A DNA stretch of 62,669 nt, counting the filler, from Globobulimina sp. (lineage: Eukaryota), in NCBI GenBank assembly GCA_003354225.1. It is 44 parts of 44 records of this genome, joined end to end, with 100 filler letters (N's around TTAATTAATTAA, not from the genome) between each part and the next. Parts side by side here need not be neighbours in the genome. Positions count along the whole stretch, not along the records: positions 37,103 to 38,428 come from PIVH01018597.1; positions 38,529 to 39,854 come from PIVH01018598.1; positions 39,955 to 41,280 come from PIVH01018599.1; positions 41,381 to 42,706 come from PIVH01018600.1; positions 42,807 to 44,132 come from PIVH01018601.1; positions 44,233 to 45,558 come from PIVH01018602.1; positions 45,659 to 46,984 come from PIVH01018603.1; positions 47,085 to 48,410 come from PIVH01018604.1; 36 more parts are not named here. The stretch is one strand, 5' to 3'. The notes under the pieces were generated by a model that was not told the DNA's origin, searched no databases, and saw only the letters and a program-made list of their open reading frames with translations. Below, piece by piece: positions 37,807 to 49,938 of this stretch; positions within the stretch are counted from its first letter, which is position 1, and each line of letters begins with the position of its first letter. The position numbers and the translations under genes are program-made.

Positions 37807-38370
37807 ATGAAAATGATTACCAGCGACTCCTCGTTTTATGCGGGCTTACCAAATATAACAAGGTATGTATCGGAATCGGAAAATGGAGATGGAGATGAAG
37901 AGCAAGAATTGGATGACAAAAATGAAGTTAATAAAGGAAATAAAGCGCTGCTGCCACAAACCTCCGCTGTTAATAAAGTGCAGAGGGCACGTTCGAAATC
38001 GATGAAATTCGCGATTGCGATGGATCAACATGGCAATGCCATGAATGTTAATAATGGTTCGTTGAGTCGCAACTCGAGTACTTGTGATTTGGCACAATTG
38101 CAATTGCGATCAGTGCACGATGTCCAGCAGGCAGTGCGAGTGCGGTCGCAGGCGATTAAACAGAAACATTTAAAGTGGTTAGTTGCTGAGAAATCGAGAC
38201 CAAGAACAAAAAGAGGCGGTGGATGTGTTGGCTATTTATCTCCACAAAACACAATTTGTATCACCAGAGGCATTGCTCAAAAGCATCCGACCATGGAAGA
38301 GATATTACAAAATATGAATGCAAAAGACATTAAAAGTATGCGCTTCTGCAGCGAGAGAAGGTGGTTTTGA
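37807..38370 (+). CDS. Hypothetical protein
   Basis: Complete 187-aa ATG ORF with coding-like GC rise; no family recognised. Confidence 0.5.
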   Translation: MKMITSDSSFYAGLPNITRYVSESENGDGDEEQELDDKNEVNKGNKALLPQTSAVNKVQRARSKSMKFAIAMDQHGNAMNVNNGSLSRNSSTCDLAQLQLRSVHDVQQAVRVRSQAIKQKHLKWLVAEKSRPRTKRGGGCVGYLSPQNTICITRGIAQKHPTMEEILQNMNAKDIKSMRFCSERRWF

Positions 38371-38528
38371 GATAGTTAGGGGGTTTAAAATGAAATAAAA
38401 AAATATGATTAATAGAACTCATGAATCANNNNNNNNNNNNNNNNNNNNNNNNNNNNNNNNNNNNNNNNNNNNTTAATTAATTAANNNNNNNNNNNNNNNN
38501 NNNNNNNNNNNNNNNNNNNNNNNNNNNN

Positions 38529-38716
38529 CCAATGATTGAAATGAAAACTACAAATAATAATATTGCTGCAACAATATATTCAATTGAAAATGCGTAAAAT
38601 GCACCAAATACCGAACAACATCCACAACAAACTTTCTCTTCGTCAGTGGTTATCTGTGTATTTTCTGTACGTTCAGAGTCAGAATCTCCCCCTTTCAATC
38701 CTTGTCTTTCTGCCAT
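38529..38716 (-). CDS. 5' end of membrane protein (CCGCC motif before a TM helix)
   Basis: MAERQG...VCCGCCSVFGAF...AAILLFVVFISII running into the gap. Confidence 0.5.
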
Positions 38717-39584
38717 TAAAATGTGGTGTTTAAGCTGAAAAAAAAAACTTAATTCAGAAAAAATAACGACCGCATTGTCGCAGGAACTGGAAAAAGAAAT
38801 CCTTGCCACCATTGCAGTTTAGTATAAGCTTAGTCCCTCGGACTCCCTCCAAAGAAATAGAAACTGATTTAAATACGGTATCGAAGCATATATGCATCGA
38901 CGTGTGATGTGATTATAAATTGTGGATATATGTTATTATGATAACACTCAAAAATGATGGTATCACAATATCACGCATGTGGTATGCAAGTAAACTTAAA
39001 TATGATGTATTTATTAGGGAGAAATATATCATGTACGCTACAGCGCATATTCGCATTCATCAAATCATTCGCATTGACATCATCCCGACATTATCGCCGT
39101 AACTCTGTGCTATGATTGCCACGAAACAACCAATCGTAACCCACTAAACCCAGGTGTCTATAGTTTGAAACTGAGGGAAAAAAACACAAATTATGTCGGT
39201 TTCAAACTAACTAAAAAACATGTAAAATTACACGCATTATCGTATTAAATACAAATGGAACAAAATGTATAACAACATATTGCATCCGACATCACAGCGA
39301 ATCAAAATCTTAGGCGTCCTGTGGCTGACGTACTGAATTGGAAAAACTGCAAACCATTCAGATTGAAACTGGATATTTATTGACAACATGAATCATGGCA
39401 TCACAGCCTACAAATAGTCGTAATTTTTGATAATTATTACGTAACGACTCTCATCACGTAATTTTTGAATGATATCACAGCCGCAATTTATAATCACAGC
39501 ATATAATATAATATAACATGATTTGTATAATGCATATCCTTCAAATCAAAACAGTTTCTTTTTACAAAACAGGTAAAGTACGCA

Positions 39585-39854
39585 ATGGACAATAAACAGC
39601 CACCAACGCCACAATCAAACAAACAAAACGATGATACCTCCAAACCATCGATCGATTTTGACATTTTTTTAGAGAATAAAGCCAATGAAACTGATAATGA
39701 GAGTGATAAATGTATGCATAAAGTCAATGACTGCAAACCAATAAAACGAGTGATTGCGGCGTTGATATATTATGAAATATTAAATGAGCGACAAACTGCG
39801 AATAGCAGCGGACAGAGAATATTTAGCGAGTTTTTGTGTGAAATGTATGCAAAT
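39585..39854 (+). CDS. 5' part of lineage-expanded unknown protein (paralogue of 6773-7038)
   Basis: Shared CxxxxRxxxxLxYYxxL...xEFxxxxY pattern. Confidence 0.55.
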
Positions 39855-39954
39855 NNNNNNNNNNNNNNNNNNNNNNNNNNNNNNNNNNNNNNNNNNNNTT
39901 AATTAATTAANNNNNNNNNNNNNNNNNNNNNNNNNNNNNNNNNNNNNNNNNNNN

Positions 39955-41280
39955 TTTTGTATATTAATATATTTGCAATCAATCTTAAAATATCTGATTG
40001 TTTCAATATAATCCTTTGTATCATATCTCCATTGTTTAATATCCTTTGAGATGTCCCAATATTCCATACATTTATATTTATTTCTTATTCTAAGTAATTG
40101 ATATAATTCCTCATAATTCCTCTTTATTATATCAGTAAATATCGATTTATTCTCAATAAAAATAGAGTAATACATATTTAATTTTAATTTTTGTATAAAC
40201 ATAGATAATTTTGGTATTCCCAAAATTATTCTCAATGTAAGGTCATCGGCACATAATCCACTTTTCATTATTGATGATAATATTTTGTGTTGGGCTGAAT
40301 TCAATTTATTATAATGTGTTTGTGTCAATCCTAATATTATCATTCCATAAGTCACTGCAGGTCTTATTTTTAATGCATAAAATTGTTTTTGTAGTGATAA
40401 TGTCGTTCCTCCTCCAATTATTCCGCTAAAATATAGTTTTTTGTTCAGGTTATTAAATATTTCAATTTGTTTCTTAAAATGAATCATTTTGAAATCTAAT
40501 TTGTTATTAAAATCCCTCCATATTCCTAATATTTTTAGTTTACCATTTTTAACGTTTTTGTCATTTGCAATTGGTACTGGATCTCCATTTATATGTATAT
40601 ATTTTGAGTATTTTCCATTGTAAAAATAGCATTGTTTCAATACTTCTTCTCTTAATTTACTATTTCTTGCATAAATGATATTCAATGATTTGTTTGGATT
40701 CATTGAAAGGTTAAGGTTGTTGCTGACTGTCTCTTCGATGTTGACTAGTTTTTGAAGAGCGATTTTTGACTTTGCAATATTTAAGCCATCGTCGGAGAAT
40801 TTGCTTGAGCTCATATTGATATCATAACATCTTTTTAATCCATGGTAAAGTCGATTTTAATCCATGGTAAAGTATCGGTGATGTGTATAAATTCCAATTG
40901 TCACCAGATCCATTGTCGCCTTGCGGTGTTGATTTGACTATGTTTAGTAGTTTGCTATACATTCCTTTCCATGCAATTCTACCTTTCATATTCTTAAGTT
41001 GATCTATAATTAATCTCAGATTTTTTCCAGTTATTTTAATATCGTTTTCATTTATTATCATTTTATCCCTATTGCAATGATCAAATGCTTGATTTAAATC
41101 AGATATATTCATAACTGCGAATCCATTTTCATTGACAATATAATTAATACTTATTTGTTGTGCATATGATAATATTTCACAACTTAGTCCCTTTTGATAT
41201 GCTGCATGATTAGGATGGATATTTAATGTGTATTTATCCTTAATTCTATTAATTCGCATAATATTTATTAATGTTTTTCT
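39955..41280 (-). mobile_element. Non-LTR reverse transcriptase domain, frameshifted at about 40833-40873
   Basis: AAYQKGLSC, DLNQAFD, TPQGD, FSDDG, LKILGIW, IRPAVTYG. Confidence 0.88.
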
Positions 41281-41380
41281 NNNNNNNNNNNNNNNNNNNN
41301 NNNNNNNNNNNNNNNNNNNNNNNNTTAATTAATTAANNNNNNNNNNNNNNNNNNNNNNNNNNNNNNNNNNNNNNNNNNNN

Positions 41381-42706
41381 TGCCTTGTCAATCAACGGAA
41401 CAGGTGAGTTAACCTGAGCTTACCGAACAGGGGGCTGACCAATCGCTGACCTATAAGCTTGTCGACTTTGCATAGATAAACCGCGCTTATAAGACTCACT
41501 AGATAACAGTTGTTCACAGTCAACAGCCAAATCTTTGGCTTGTTCTAATGTCTCAATTTTAGTGCCACTAGCTCGATCTCTGTATTTGGCATAAATATCA
41601 GGTCGTAAATTAGTTTCAAAAGTAGTGATCCATACACGACTAGTAGCAATGTCTTGTTTCGGCAAGGCTTTAGCTAGAGCGTGCTCATATCGTTCATAAT
41701 AAGTGTCAACCGTCTCATCGTTGTTCAGCGATTGTTTAATTTCCATTGCTCTCCGTAGTTTGTCGCTTTCGTCTCGACGTTCTCGAAATCGGCGCAATAG
41801 TGCAGCCTTGAACAGTTGATAATTGTTTTGGACCTGTGGGGACAAAGTTTGCAAGAAGGCATAATTGTGATTAGCCATGTGATAATGCAAGTTAGTGACT
41901 CGGTCGTATTCAGTTCGACACCTAATCATACATAGGTACACTTCGAACTGCACGAACCACTGTTCAATGTCCTGAGCCGTGGTATAATCTTTGCATTTTA
42001 CACTCATCTTGGGCCCACGGTCTAGTTCGGAGATCTGGGGTATGCGCTGAAAAACATTAGCGTTTTGTCTTAGCTGATCTGCCGCAGCATTTATATCAGC
42101 CAACGGTTGCACACCATTTGGGTTCAAAGGGTCCGCTGGGATACGGTAGGCCGGCATGCATCCGATCTGTGGAGGTGGTACAGAAATAGGCGAAGCAGCC
42201 GGTCCACTACCAGGTGGATATCCCTGCGTATTATATTCTGTTCCGTTGGGACCTTGAGCCGTCAGATGGTATGATGGCGACTGACTAGGACCCAAATATT
42301 GGTAATTAGGTGGTTGTGTCCAAGGGCTAATAGAAGTAAAACCCTCCCCACCCGTATTAGAAATTTGCGGTACCCGCTCATATTGTTCAGGTTGAGGGGT
42401 CAGACCTTGAGTTGATGTAATTTGATTAATACCCGCTATTTGGGTGATATCTTGTTCAGGATCAAAATCAGGATCCCACGGATATCTTGGTACCGGTTCA
42501 GTAACACGAGGTCCTAAATTGGGTCCTCTTTGTGTTAAAACTGACGGTCGTACTGGGGGGTATTCATGTGGTTGTTGATTTATTGCATCAGTTGCAGCTC
42601 GATGATTCTCAATCAAGTTGCGTGGTACATGCATTACATTATTAGCTTCATTCAAATTTGAAATGACATGTCGTGCCATTATATCCATCTGTACAGTACG
42701 CTCAAT
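41381..42706 (-). mobile_element. LTR retrotransposon (Ty3/Gypsy-like) Gag
   Basis: Pro-rich N-part, then IEQWFVQFE...NYQLFKAALLRRF...KQSLNNDETVDTYYERY...FETNLRPDI...TLEQA; higher GC than neighbouring contigs. Confidence 0.75.
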
Positions 42707-42806
42707 NNNNNNNNNNNNNNNNNNNNNNNNNNNNNNNNNNNNNNNNNNNNTTAATTAATTAANNNNNNNNNNNNNNNNNNNNNNNNNNNNNNNNNNNNNN
42801 NNNNNN

Positions 42807-43640
42807 CACAATCGGACGGCAGCATTAGTGTGCTCGAACAGAATTTTCTGATATCGGGCCCGGATTCGAGAGGTTTCAAATGGCCATAAATTATCGATGA
42901 CGAATGGTGACTTATGTTGTTCGGTGGAGACGATTGTATATTCTTCGGTTTTTAATGAATGTGACTTTATGTATATTTTTCGGTTTTTCATTGATTTTTT
43001 GTTGTCTGTTTTATGCTGTTTATCATTTAATACTTTCTGAATTTGGTATTGAATATAATAATTATATCGATATTCTTCGAAATTAGCCACACTGACTTTT
43101 AATTTGCCATTAATCATTACAACGCGTAATTTATTTATCTTTGGCGTTTTTTTACGTCGTTCGGTTTGTGCCCATGCTGTGGTCGTAATGTTATGTGTGT
43201 TGTGTGTGTGTTGTGTGTGTGTTATGTGTGTGTTGTAGTAATTACATACCATTATATTCGTGTTCTTGATTGAATAAAAGACGTAGTGGATAGCGTGGCT
43301 TTTTTGTGTTATGTATTAATTCTTTTAATTGTTGATTTGACTGTAAATATAGTAATTTATTCTTGCCACTCACAAAATGAATGGACCATTTGTACTGCGT
43401 CAATGGTATAAATACTCGCGATCGCGGTATTACTTCTTTTCGTATTAATTCATTTAATTTTGTAATGGATGGTGGCGATATTAAGTCGAATTGCTCTGTG
43501 TCTCCTCTTAGGATTTGGATTTGAAAATGATATTCTTGGTAATCCGCTTGTGGCGCCCAGTTCGCATCAAAAAATGTGGCATTCTCCATTAAACCTCCCC
43601 ATAATTCTGGAGAGAATGACAGTGCACCTAACGACTGCAT
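42807..43640 (-). CDS. PB1-like domain protein with possible downstream FN3 exon; intron 43177-43249
   Basis: WSIHFVSGKNKLLYLQSNQQLKE...LRL; GTATGT...CACAG intron keeps the frame; IDNLWPFETSRIRARY. Confidence 0.5.
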
Positions 43641-43883
43641 GATTAGAGGATTTAGTGTCGTAGTTTATTTTCTGTGGCGTAAAAAATGTCCAAAACAAAA
43701 CTTGAGCTGGAAATATGACATTAATTGCAATTATCGAATAATTTAACAATAATTATATACAGTTTACACGATCTCGATATTGAACAAACACACACGTTGA
43801 ATACACACAAAAGTCAACAAAATGACGAAAGAGCCAGTTTGGTTATTAATATATTTGATTGATTTCTATTATTTTCATTCGGA

Positions 43884-44132
43884 TTAATTCTTAGTACCAT
43901 ATAATTTCTGCAATGCATTCTCATTTATATGTATTCGAACATGAAGCAATGCCGCATATATTTTCTTTGCTGATATTTGTTTAATTTCAAACGAATCAAC
44001 AACGTCCGACATATCATCCATAGAATTAAAATCTTGGCCAGTTATCTCCTGCTCCGATATAGCTCCAATCACTTTTCTTTCAATCGATTTACTTAAATTT
44101 AAACTGCAAATACATTCTTGCAATTCTTTACA
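43884..44132 (-). CDS. C-terminal SAM-like fragment
   Basis: ISEQEITGQDFNSM...AKKIYAAL. Confidence 0.4.
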   Translation of the reverse strand, partial: CKELQECICSLNLSKSIERKVIGAISEQEITGQDFNSMDDMSDVVDSFEIKQISAKKIYAALLHVRIHINENALQKLYGTKN

Positions 44133-44283
44133 NNNNNNNNNNNNNNNNNNNNNNNNNNNNNNNNNNNNNNNNNNNNTTAATTAATTAANNNNNNNNNNNN
44201 NNNNNNNNNNNNNNNNNNNNNNNNNNNNNNNNGAGGATGGCAAGCTACCTTTATACATATTTTATAATGTATACAATAACAGG

Positions 44284-45558
44284 CAGTGCGCGAACTGATT
44301 GAAACTGAAAAAACATATGTAAATGGTTTGAGTTTATGCATAGAAAATTATTTCAAGGCACTCTCCGCGGATTCAAAAATAATGACTAGTGAGGATGTAA
44401 AAAATCTGTTTGGTGACATTGCAACGTTACGCCAATTAAACCAGACATTTTTAAGCGATTTAGAATCGCGCTACGTTGGCTTTAACAATAACAAAACTCG
44501 CATTGGTGATATGTTCGTGAAATTTTGTCCATACTTTCGAATGTATCAACATTATTGCAATAATTATGACGCAGCCATGGTTTTATTGAACAAATACAGC
44601 GATAAGCAATCCTTTAATAATTTATGCATTGAGATAAGAGATCGGTGTTCCGGTAAAACATTGCAATCATTGTTGATATTACCAATACAAAGGTTGCCGC
44701 GATATAAATTATGTTTAACTGAAATTGTTAAAAATACAGAGAATGTTCATCCGGACCTCGTTGATTTGAGACGGGCGCTCGAATTGGTTGATCAAGTTAA
44801 GATGTTACGAGTTTATGTGTTATGTTGCAACTTTTGGCAATAATTACTGTAAAAGACGACCTCTTTGATCAATGAGAGAATGAAGGAGTTTGAAGCCAGG
44901 CAAAAAGTGCGTGAAATCGAATATCGGTTTAGTACTACGGTAGCTTTTGTAAAACCGTATCGATCCTTCATGAAAGAAGGATTTATGACTAAAGTGGATA
45001 AAACTGGTATGTGAGTCGTCATGGTTGCACAGCCATGCTCTGAAGAGAAAAAACTTTAAGGTTTTTTTAATGTTAATGCTTTAAGGTAAAGACAGAGAGT
45101 ATACTTTCTTTTTGTTTAATGACATGGCATGTTACGCATCGGGAACAGCGGACGCGTTGAAAATGCACAAATGTTTACCAGTAGATCGAGCCTTTTATAT
45201 TCAGGACGTACCACATCATGATAAATATAGTGATCGCTCGTTTGAGATTCATACCTCAATAAAATCATTTATTGTACATTGCACAGAATACAAATATAAA
45301 AAACAATGGATGGATGCATTGAGAAAAGTAATTCAAGATCGAGTGAGATTGCAACCGGGAAAGACCCAACAAAGAGAATTGGCGGCGCCGTTAATGGTTC
45401 CCGATGATTGGAGTGATGAGTTACGTTCTATCAATACATACAAATATATAATTATATATATAAATTGATTGTGATTCAGGTGTCAAATGAAAGATTGTGA
45501 TACAAAGTTTACATTTGTAAATAGGAGACATCATTGTAGGTATTGTGGCAAATGTTTT
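44284..45558 (+). CDS. DH-PH-FYVE RhoGEF (FGD-like); introns 44796-44855, 45007-45085, 45420-45479
   Basis: RELIETEKTYV, LLILPIQRLPRY (DH); FFLFND...KKQWMDAL (PH); CQMKDCDTKFTFVNRRHHCRYCG (FYVE); the three introns splice in frame. Confidence 0.92.
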
Positions 45559-46136
45559 NNNNNNNNNNNNNNNNNNNNNNNNNNNNNNNNNNNNNNNNNN
45601 NNTTAATTAATTAANNNNNNNNNNNNNNNNNNNNNNNNNNNNNNNNNNNNNNNNNNNNTGATATATATTTAACGTGTTTGTTGTTTTTTTCTCAGATATC
45701 TAAATATGCCCTTTGTTTTGCACATGTTTATATTTGGGAAAATACTTTGACAAAAATCAATAAACTATTCAAGCACAATGTTTCGTTTTTATATGGACTG
45801 CTATTCATCAAAATAATTAGTGTTGTTTGTGTTTTACTTGTGTAAATGTTTAAGTTCCATTTTTTTTTCAATGGAATCGCAGATAAACTTGCCTTTACAG
45901 GCCGCAACCACCCCCAGAACAGCAATCCCATTATACCCTCATCTCACTCCATAACATATGGAAAATCTGTGAGTCTGGAATCGGACTTGCGTCACTACTA
46001 TTTTTGCACTTTACATGTCTATCTCTGATGCCCTATCCTGGGGACTTTCATCTGAAACCAATTTATCATTTTGCAAATACTTATGGGTGAATCAAAACGT
46101 GTTGTTTAGAGTGTGGGGGAAAAAAGCAACTCTGAA

Positions 46137-46984
46137 CTAAGTGATTATTGTTGAGGAGAACGCATTCTTTGTAAATGATATATCATTCCATGCAAAAGCT
46201 AATTGTCCAATCAACGTTGCCAACATCAAGGCATATCTTGAGATAAATATTGATTTTGAAGAATTATCATATTTTTTAATATAATTATCCACAATGGTTC
46301 CAAGGGAAATAACAGAAAAAGATTTAAAGTATCCAATAAAATTCCAATCAATCCCTCTTGTTTGTAATCCAAATAAATAGCAATGCGCTAAAGCATTGGT
46401 TAAAAATGATGCATTAACAGATACGATAAAATTATGTTTCCCTCCGAATGGAATGTACACATAATCTCTAAACGACAAAAAATACCATCAGAGCTACAAC
46501 ATATTTCAAACGGAAAACAACATAAATTTTAGCAGAAACATTCATTAATTTGAAATATTTAATGTTGTTCCTTCCTCAATGTGCATGTTATAGAACTTAT
46601 ATAGTTTAATACCTTAAAGGTTCACTAATTTGTACACTCCATCTTTTCCAAAATGATTCCATCGAAGTTGACATTAATGGCGAATCATAACAATATCGCA
46701 CATTCATATTATCGCCAACAATAAGTGCAGCAATACTTGACACCAAACCTGCGCTCACTGGCAATGCTGCTAAAATATAACAATTCATTGCTATTGATTT
46801 TGTGATTAGTGATAGATTTGAAGTATCTGAGTGTGCTTTTGATGTTACATAAAAATAAGCAGTTATACCAAATATTGAATGTATTGCATATGACAATAAT
46901 TGGTAGAATGCTTTCTTTCGTGTCTGATTAGAATTATGTTTTATAAAACGTACTCTCCAATGTTTATTACATGACATTAATACT
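46137..46984 (-). CDS. MBOAT_2/wax-synthase-like acyltransferase fragment; intron 46468-46612
   Basis: YDSPLMSTSMESFWKRW...EPLR|DYVYIPFGG...SFLTNALAH. Confidence 0.75.
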
Positions 46985-47337
46985 NNNNNNNNNNNNNNNN
47001 NNNNNNNNNNNNNNNNNNNNNNNNNNNNTTAATTAATTAANNNNNNNNNNNNNNNNNNNNNNNNNNNNNNNNNNNNNNNNNNNNTAAGTCAATGATGCGC
47101 TGTTTGTAAATGACATGAATGGGCGCGTCGCCGCCACCAATGGTAAAATCCGGCATATCCATCATTATGTCGTCATCGTCGCCATATGCTCGTCATTGTC
47201 CGTGCTCATTGGGGCGATAGACCCTTATTCGATGTTAATTTCAATTTTGATGAATAGTAGTAGTAGTACTAGTATATACTACTTTTTTTGAAAAAATAAA
47301 AAAAAATATTTTTTTTCGATTTTTTTTTTACTATTCA

Positions 47338-47456
47338 TCTCACTAAGAAGTTTTTCACTAAGAAAAGTTTTCACTAAGAAGTTTTCACTAAATTTTTTCA
47401 CTAAGAAAGTTTTTCACTAAGAAAATTTTTTACTAAGAAAGTTTTTTCACTAAAAA
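47338..47456. repeat. Minisatellite, about 8 copies of a 13-17 bp unit TTTTCACTAAGAAAG
   Basis: Directly visible tandem array. Confidence 0.85.
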
Positions 47457-47637
47457 TTTTTTTTTTCTAAAAATTTTTTTTTCCCAAAAAAATATTCAGT
47501 GCAAGGATAAAAATTAAAAAAAGACATGCAAGGATAAAAAGACCTCTTGGACCCTGGTCTCTTGCCTCTGTGTCTATCTTGTTTCTGGGTATATCGCCCC
47601 GCAATGCAACTCTGTTGCCCCCTAATACATGTTACAA

Positions 47638-48410
47638 TTAGTCATTAATATTATATAATAGTTTTAAATGTGAATAGTAATCCAATTCAGTTGGATGCGA
47701 TTGAATTTGTAAATTGAACGCATCGACTATTCCATAGAAACGTTCCAATTCAAATCTGGATAAAGCATCAGCCAAACCGTTGAATTTGGATGGAATGAAT
47801 TCAACATGAATGTCAATGCAATAAACACACATTAAAAGGACTATTTCTTGGATGAATTGCATTAGCATTGGGCTCCCTGCCCAGTATCTGAAGAGACTAA
47901 ACATCACCGATGTATTATCAAGGTACAATAATAGTTTCCTTCCGGTAAGCATAGATCTGAAATTATGAATTAACATAATAACTGCATGGGCTTCCTGATA
48001 GTTAATGGACATAAATCGATGATTAATTCCTTGCCGATTTATGATGTTTGCAAATTGATAGTACGCATAGTGAGAGCCAACAATAAAACCACCACCGATA
48101 CTGCTGGCATCTGTCGCTCCTGTAATTGTAATCGATGGTTGATTGACTACCGACTCCATCGAAACTGTACGCATATAAATGGAATATTTTAGCCAGAATT
48201 TAAAATCCTGAATGACTAAATCTGGTATCCAAAAGATGCGATTTTTTAATTTCTTATTCAATCTAATTCGTTCATGGATCATTTTTAAAAGCAGATAACA
48301 TAAAACCTTGGCTGGTTTGCGTAGTTGTGCCCAATGCATCATTTTACCGCAAATCGATTCCAAAGCATGGCCTGTTGCATACCGATATTGTATGACTAAA
48401 TGTAGAGCAT
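47638..48410 (-). mobile_element. DIRS/Ngaro-type (tyrosine recombinase) retrotransposon RT-end + RNase H
   Basis: LESICGKMMHW, DFKFW, ATDASSIGGG, SINYQEAHAV, LYLDNTSV, FIPSKFNGLADALSR. Confidence 0.8.
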
Positions 48411-48738
48411 NNNNNNNNNNNNNNNNNNNNNNNNNNNNNNNNNNNNNNNNNNNNTTAATTAATTAANNNNNNNNNNNNNNNNNNNNNNNNNNNNNNNNNN
48501 NNNNNNNNNNTGATTAGCAATGTATATTTTAATGGCTGTCCTATTTTCCATGATTGAAAAGTGTCTGTGTCGACCAGTTCCATTGACCATCCTGGATATG
48601 TGGTCAATGGTGGTCCATCAACTGAAGGTTCGCCATACATTGACATAATTAGTCGTCTACTTTGTTAAGAGTAACGGAAGAATGAATGTTTCAATGTTAA
48701 GGTTTTTTTAATTTACAGTAAAAGTTTGAAATGCAAGC

Positions 48739-49835
48739 CTATATTTTCAATTTATTGAACACATCAAATGTTGCGAGCTGTTCAGTAAATTGATTAAATT
48801 GTTTATCCTCCAATGTATACCTCTTCATAGCATCATCCAATGCATACTTAGCTTCATCAGTTAATATTTGAAATGCATCCTTCTCCAACTTAAAATATCT
48901 TGGCCATAACCAATTTATATCATCCATAAAAAATCGCGTTACACCTTGACGAAAATACCAATACATTTTAACTTTATTACTAAAATAAACATGATACGAA
49001 ACAACAAATTTATATCCATTCCCTGAGTCCAATCCCCGAAAATCATTCCGATAGTCTTTTCTCCGTAACTTAGGCATTGGGAATAAGAAATCCATGGTAT
49101 TACAAATAAATGTTTCATTCATTAGAAACGCATACAATTTACTGATTTCATTCTTACATTTTGGTCGAATTAAGTACATTCTATCAGGCCATGTTTGATC
49201 TTTATGTGTGTCATCTGTCATTACTTTCTTCTCAATATGTTGAGGATTCCTTCTATCGATTATTATAATAAATCTCTTATATCTCATATCTACACTTTTG
49301 TTATCCGTAAAGAGTTCCCACAACGCATCAAAATTTCTCACCAATCGGTTAAGCTGAAAATTGTCATTAATATTTATATTGCCAACATTCTCATCAACCT
49401 TCGGAGTGTAAACCCAAAAATCTTCACCTTTTTTATACCCATCTTCCTTTAAATTATCTGCTAAATTCCATATTTTGGCACTCGCACTTAAGCTTTTTCC
49501 CAATGCCTGTATTTTGCCGCTCAGCAGCTCAGCCAAACTGTTATCATCATCCACTTCATCATCATCATCCATTTTAACATCGTTAAAATCAGCGGGTAGC
49601 CTAAAATTGTGATGGATTCCATTCTTTGTTAATCTGGGTATGAGCCATAAATCCATTTGAAACGGCACAATCGCACCGCGGTGCCTGTCGGGCGCAATCA
49701 TTTCAAAAATGAACTGATTCATTGCACATAAATATCTGGCAAATATATCATACGAATCAAATATTGTCGCATCAGTAATATGATTCAAATCCATTTTTGG
49801 CACTGCTCGTTTTGCATTGGAAGTGAGTGCAGAGG
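48739..49835 (-). CDS. Hypothetical protein C-terminal part (more than 354 aa)
   Basis: Long stop-free frame; no family recognised. Confidence 0.65.
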
Positions 49836-49938
49836 ANNNNNNNNNNNNNNNNNNNNNNNNNNNNNNNNNNNNNNNNNNNNTTAATTAATTAANNNNNNNN
49901 NNNNNNNNNNNNNNNNNNNNNNNNNNNNNNNNNNNNTA

